A program made the translations under genes and the position numbers. Positions 56,301-62,300 of a stretch of DNA of 64,000 bases are shown here, one piece after another. Source of the stretch: Candidatus Omnitrophota bacterium (lineage in GTDB: Bacteria > Omnitrophota > Gorgyraeia > Gygaellales > Profunditerraquicolaceae); contig JALOQK010000001.1 in the NCBI GenBank assembly GCA_025453395.1, forward strand, positions 166,313 through 230,312, written 5' to 3'. The notes under the pieces are model-generated. The model worked only from the letters and a program-made list of their open reading frames with translations. It ran no database searches and had not been told where the DNA came from. Numbering within the stretch: the first letter of the stretch is position 1; each line of letters begins with the position of its first letter.

Positions 56301-59300
56301 TAAAGAACGCAATAGACAAAACCGTCTATTCTACATACGCGCAGAGCTTCTTTTAAAGCTGAATACTTGTCTTTGATATACTCCATCACCGCACTGCCAA
56401 AAATGACAACATCAAAACTGTTATCGGCAAAAGGAATGCCCTTTTCCATATCGTAGATAATCTGGCGGGATTTTAGCCTATTGATATATTCTTGGGCTTC
56501 TGAGACAGTAATTGCCATTCCCGTTTCGGAAAAATTATGGAATCTATCTTGCAGGTCTTCAGGATTACTATAAATTAGGTCTTCCTTTGCCAGCGCCGTA
56601 ATATCAACATTATTGCCGCAGGTTGCCATAAGCCCAAAAGCTTCAAATCCTCTCCCGGGACCGATCAATAACACTCTAACAACTCTCTGCCCTATAGAAA
56701 TTTTAATTGTCTGTATGTCCATTGTTATGTCGCCATCAAAAAGCATATTGAGGCCCCAAAAATCCCTATTAATATTTTTCTCGCAATCATATGGGTTCTT
56801 CCTCACCGTATCAACCAATCCATTTTTTTCGCCTTCTATTAACTTTCCTTCTATGCTCCCATCGGCAAAAAACCAGCCGAATTTGTGGCTTTCGTAAAGC
56901 GGATCTCTTACTCCGTCAAACGCCCGTGCCCCCAGATAATTCGGCCCCAGCCTGCCGCCAAAACCAAAACTAAAATCAATATCCGCAGGCGACGGCTGAT
57001 GATGAAAAAGCGGGCTTCCTGCCGCGCCTGTTACCTGCCCCCCGAGCGCGCCGCCGCGGTTCAAAAGGGTGCCTTTTTGGGGAACGTCCCCATTTCCATG
57101 CGCCGGGCTGTTTGCTTTCATTGCTTTAAAACGCCATGCAAACAGACTTAAGATATAATAAATTAAATTGCTGAAAACTGGGATGCGCTCGTTATAAGTA
57201 AAGGATATAAAAGCTATGCTGATAAAAAATATAACGGTATAAGCTAACATTCCAAATGCAGAAATATCCGATAAGCCGTCTGTATCAGCAAACGATCCGT
57301 AAACAATCGCCGCAAGTAAAGAGAAGATATTCAGTAGCGAAAAAATAATTTGTTCAAAATTGACAAAACGCGCTTGCGCTTTCACGGTAGATTTTACAGC
57401 CAATTGTGAAATAAAAGAAAACCGTACTTTTTCCGTATGTTTTCTCATTTGCCCAAAGATAAAATCATTAAGCGCGGGGCTTTCCTGAAAAAATATAAAA
57501 CGCGCCAAAAGCTCCTCAAGCTTATCTATCTGCTGTATTTCTTTGCTGAAAACCTGATCCATATAATAACCGGCCTCAAGCGGCATGCCGCAAGAAGCAA
57601 AATAAACAGCTAATACAAGCCAAGCCAAAGTTCCCTCATCAAAATAATTGAAGCGACGAATAATATTTTCATATCTGCTTTTCAACAGTTTATCCAGAAA
57701 AAGTGAAGCCATAGATTCTTCTGAAACATTCCCGATAACAGAGTTAGAAATAAGATTCTTAAATTCCTTTCTTTCCTGCATAGCCATATAAGCAACATGG
57801 TCACAAATAACAAGATTGCCCTGCGGATCAACAAAAAACATCATTTTGTCAAGGTCGCGCGCATGCTCCTGTATATCGGCAAAACTAAGCCGTAGGCTAT
57901 AGGATTCGTTCTTAACGGCATTACCTTGCCCGATGATACGATTAATAAATGTCTTTGTTTTTCCTAATCCATAAAAGTCTAAAGACCCCAAAGAAACAAC
58001 AAATAATAACAATTTTAATACCAAAGATGGAAAGCTGGGCCTTATCCCTAAACGCCAGGTCATATCATCTACTTCACGGCCTGTTTTATTGGCATAGCGG
58101 ACATTAAACATTAGTTTTATCTTTCCGCGGCGCGCCAGTTTATTCATTGTTTTTATAACCTCGGAAAGCTGCTTGCCTGTTTTTTCGCGCATCTCTTTTT
58201 CATGATATTCGTCCGCAGAAACAAGCCAAACCACATTCTTAGGGAATTGCGCGAAGAATTCTTTTGCTACTTTTATATCTTCGGGAACAAGATAAGCGTT
58301 TGTAACAATGCGCACAACCTCAATCCTTTGGGCGGCATAACGGACCACATCCAGAAAATCCCGGCTTACGCCGCCTTCAAAATATTTGTCCTTGCCATAA
58401 CAAAGCGGCTCTCCGGTGCCAACAATATGCACAAGCTTACATCCTCTTAACTGCTCAAAAAGCGAGTAGAGCGCTTCTTTAGGGACATCCCAAAAACCAC
58501 CTTCCTTACAGGCGCAAGCCGCCAAGCAATCCGCGCAATTAAAACAACATTTATAGGTAACCATAACATTAATATCTTCCGCCACGCGCCCATCCATAAT
58601 TGCATTAAGGATACGCAAAGCTATAGTCGCGGTGCCGATGCCGTTTTTGGACTTAAAAGAAAACGGTATTTTCAATAAAGATTCGTCCGAAGTTCCTACA
58701 GGATCAAGATCAGGTTTATTTCTCAAGGAAGGCCCGTATAGAAAAATTACAGCGATAATTACTAATAAAACAGGAAATAACAAGCATAAATAAAATGGGA
58801 ACGCCTGCCCCGGCGGAGCTGGAATATTCTGGGCAGTTAAAACCTGCCCCGCGCTAACTGCACCAACTAACGAAAGAAATAATGTAGCAATTACCGGCGG
58901 GATAAGATTTGTCATCGGCCTGCCGTGGGATTTCTTTTCATATCTTTGCTGAACCCTTAACAGCCTGCTTTGATACCCACGGACTTCCCCCATTGGTAAT
59001 GATTTCTCAAGTGAGGCCAAGCGAAATAATGCGTCCTTGCATAAACTTATTGCGGTTGCCGGACTTAATTTTTCTGTTTCTAAAGTAAGGATTTGCTCTT
59101 CAAGAATAAGGATACCGCTCTTTTCAACCTCTGCCTTTTTAATCTCTACCTCCGGCTTAATTGGTTGTTGCGCGGTAGGCTTTGGTAAAGGGTTCCTAAA
59201 ATGCTGCGCCTGATAAGGAAAATCTCGTTTTATCCTATCATCCGCGTCAGCCGGCCAATCATCCTGAAAGATCCATTCCGCGTTTTTTTCTAAATAGTTT

Positions 59301-62300
59301 TTTATTACCCGCAACACATTATTCTTTATATTTTCTCGCAACCCTGCTTCTTCGTGGATAGTTGGATTGAGCGCTTTGTAAATCTGGACTAAACTTTTAA
59401 CAGGATTATTAGCTTGTGGGTTGTTTATCTGCGCGCACCATAATAAAAGTTTACCTCTACCGCTATAACCTGGATCTGAAATATTGAGCAAACTTGTGAC
59501 TTTAAGCTTTAAAATAGCCGAAGCAGCCCTGGCCTTTTCTCTTTCCCGCGCCATTTCAATCGCGGCTTGAAGGCTTTGTTTTTTATCTTCCTGCCACTTT
59601 TGATATTGCGCGTATTCTCCCCAAGAACTATCCCGAGCATGAATAAACGCCAGCATTTCCACTGTTTGGGCTAAGGAATTTTTTGCTATTTCTAACTCTG
59701 GGATAAAAGCTTTTTCTAGATTAAGCGCGTCTATGTCCTTACGCGCCTGCGTTAATTCTTTTATCTTAATTTTAACTTCTTTATCAATAGTTGTATACCG
59801 CTGGTCAATAACCGCAATTACCCTATTAATGACACTAGACATTTCAACTTTAGACGCCGCAGACTGAAAAGAATATTCATTGCATAATTTACGGCACATC
59901 CCTGCGGCGCTTTGCATTGCTTTTATCACGCAAAGGTTTAATTCTACCAAAACCTTGCTCTCCATATTAAGCAAACTGCCGCGCAGGTATTTAGCTAACC
60001 AGCAGTCATAAGTAAGATAATTCAGAAGCCTCTCCTCGGGCGGGAGGCTTCTGAATAATCCCGGGATAAAATTGCGCGCTTTTTCTTTTATGTTTCCTTG
60101 CCCGTCTTCACATAAGCTGCCTGCGCCTGCTTGGTCAATTATATCTTTCGGGTTAACTGCCAAGGCATTCTCTACTTTAGAAATCAAAGGATCAAATTCC
60201 GGGAAAAATTCGCCTTCCTGCATTTTTGCTTTAATTTGCTCAAAAGGTAAACCTTCAATAAGCCAAGAGATAAACAAATCAAAGTCCTGCCGCAGTTTAT
60301 ATTCATAAATAAGCTTATCCCGCTCAACAATGATATTTTTCATAAGCCCAAGGCATACTGCGTATTTGTTTTCGCGCAGGCCATTTTCCTCAAGATGTTT
60401 TTTCAAGGTGCTCTCCACCAAATCAAACAAAAGCTTATTTTCTGCATATTTCGCGTTTTCCAAAAATTCCTGCACAATTTTCATTGGCACATGTTTACGC
60501 GGAATAACATTTAAAACCCGCTGACAAATTGCGGATACCCCTTGATTAAGCGCATCAAGAGAAATAAAACTATCCGCGCGCAAGGCGTCCAGCTCTGCGT
60601 ATGCCTTTTTAACGGCATTGACAATTTTTCCATTAATATTCTCTGCGTTCTGTATTTTGGCCCTTGAAGTATCGCTGTCGATTTTCTTGCACGCAAGAAA
60701 CTTGCCTGTATCTTCCCGGAACTTCTCGATCTGCGGAAGCCTTTGGAAATCTTTCGGAAACCTTTTAAGTATGTTCATTAATTGCGCCTCAAATTGCCCC
60801 AATGGTTCTAATCCCGAAAGCCCGGCCTTTAAATTTTCTAACTCTTGAGATAGAGCAGCTTTCTGCTCTTTCCGCAACTGCTGCGCGGGTTTTGATAAAG
60901 CCGCGTCTTGCCTTTGCTGTTCTGTCAACCGTATTGCGCGTAAAATACATTCATTGGTTTGATTTAATAAAGATTCTCTTAACTGCTTTATATCCGGATC
61001 GTCAGTTAAATGCTCCGGAATCTCTTTCTCTAAAACCTGCTGATAGAAAATTATGCTTTCCGGTTTATCAGAATTATGCCTGCGCATCCTTCGCATCGTA
61101 TCCTGTTTTTCCTGAAACGCCTTTTTCTCTGCCATTTGTTTTTCATTTTGCGGCGCCTGAAGTATTCGAAGCAGACTTTTGCCGATACCCAACCGGGATA
61201 ATCTGCCAATCGCGCAATTAATCAAGGCTGAAACATTAAATACCTTTGCGCCAAGGCTCAAAATACCCACAGATAAAACAAAAGCCAGTAATTTAGAAGG
61301 GATAAATATAAAAGCTGCTGTAGCCGCAGATAAGAAAAATATTATAAAACCGAAAGATATAGCCTGCTCTTTTCCTGCGGAACAGGTTTGCTTAAAATCT
61401 TCCCAAAAAGTTTTTAAATCACAGGCGCATACTTGCCAGATTAATAATAGGCTGGCTGCGGCGCCTGTACTGATTAAAATACTTGCGTTATCGCTATACT
61501 CAAAAACGTTTTTAAGGGCTGTTCCTAAAATCACAGTTATTGCTAAAACAAAAAGCACAAAAATTAATTGCCCTTGGGAAAAGGCTTTATCAGAAATATC
61601 CTGACCGGCTTTCCGGTTTAATTTACCATATGCTGCAGCAATATTTATGATTTCCTGCCTGCACGCTAAAGCATGTTTATTGTTCAGCCTTAACAACTCC
61701 CCTAATTTAGATTTTGACAAATCCCTATCTCTCGCATTTTCCCCTTTAGCTAATAATATTAAGATCCTTACTGCTTCATATGTTCCGATAAGAGTTAAAC
61801 ATCTTATAATTGCTGAACGTTCTTCCTCGTTTATCTTCGGCCATAATCCGGCGGTTTTATCCACCCTTAACCTCTGCGCTAAGGCATAAAGGGCAAGAAT
61901 ATAGCTTTTTGATGAAGGCTCAAACCTCTTATCTATTTTTAAAAGCATCGCGTCAACTGCTTTATCAGGTTCTCCCAGCTCAATTATCTTTATTACTCTG
62001 ATGACTTCATCCGGCTTGGCTTTTTCCTCTTCCAATACGGAAATAAGCTGCAACTTTGCCAATTCCGCGATCCTGGGGCTATCAGGATAAGCCTTTAATG
62101 CTTCAAAGGCAGCTTGGCTTGATTCATCCTCTACTGATGCGGCCAATTCTATAACAGAAGCCAACGCCTCTTCTATCCCCATGGCAAGAAGGCCAGAAAT
62201 TAAAAATGATTTTTCCTGCTCTGTATTACAAAGCTTGACGCGAGAAATGAATTTATCTACATAACACAATTTATCCTGCTGGGGCATATTCTTTAAAATA

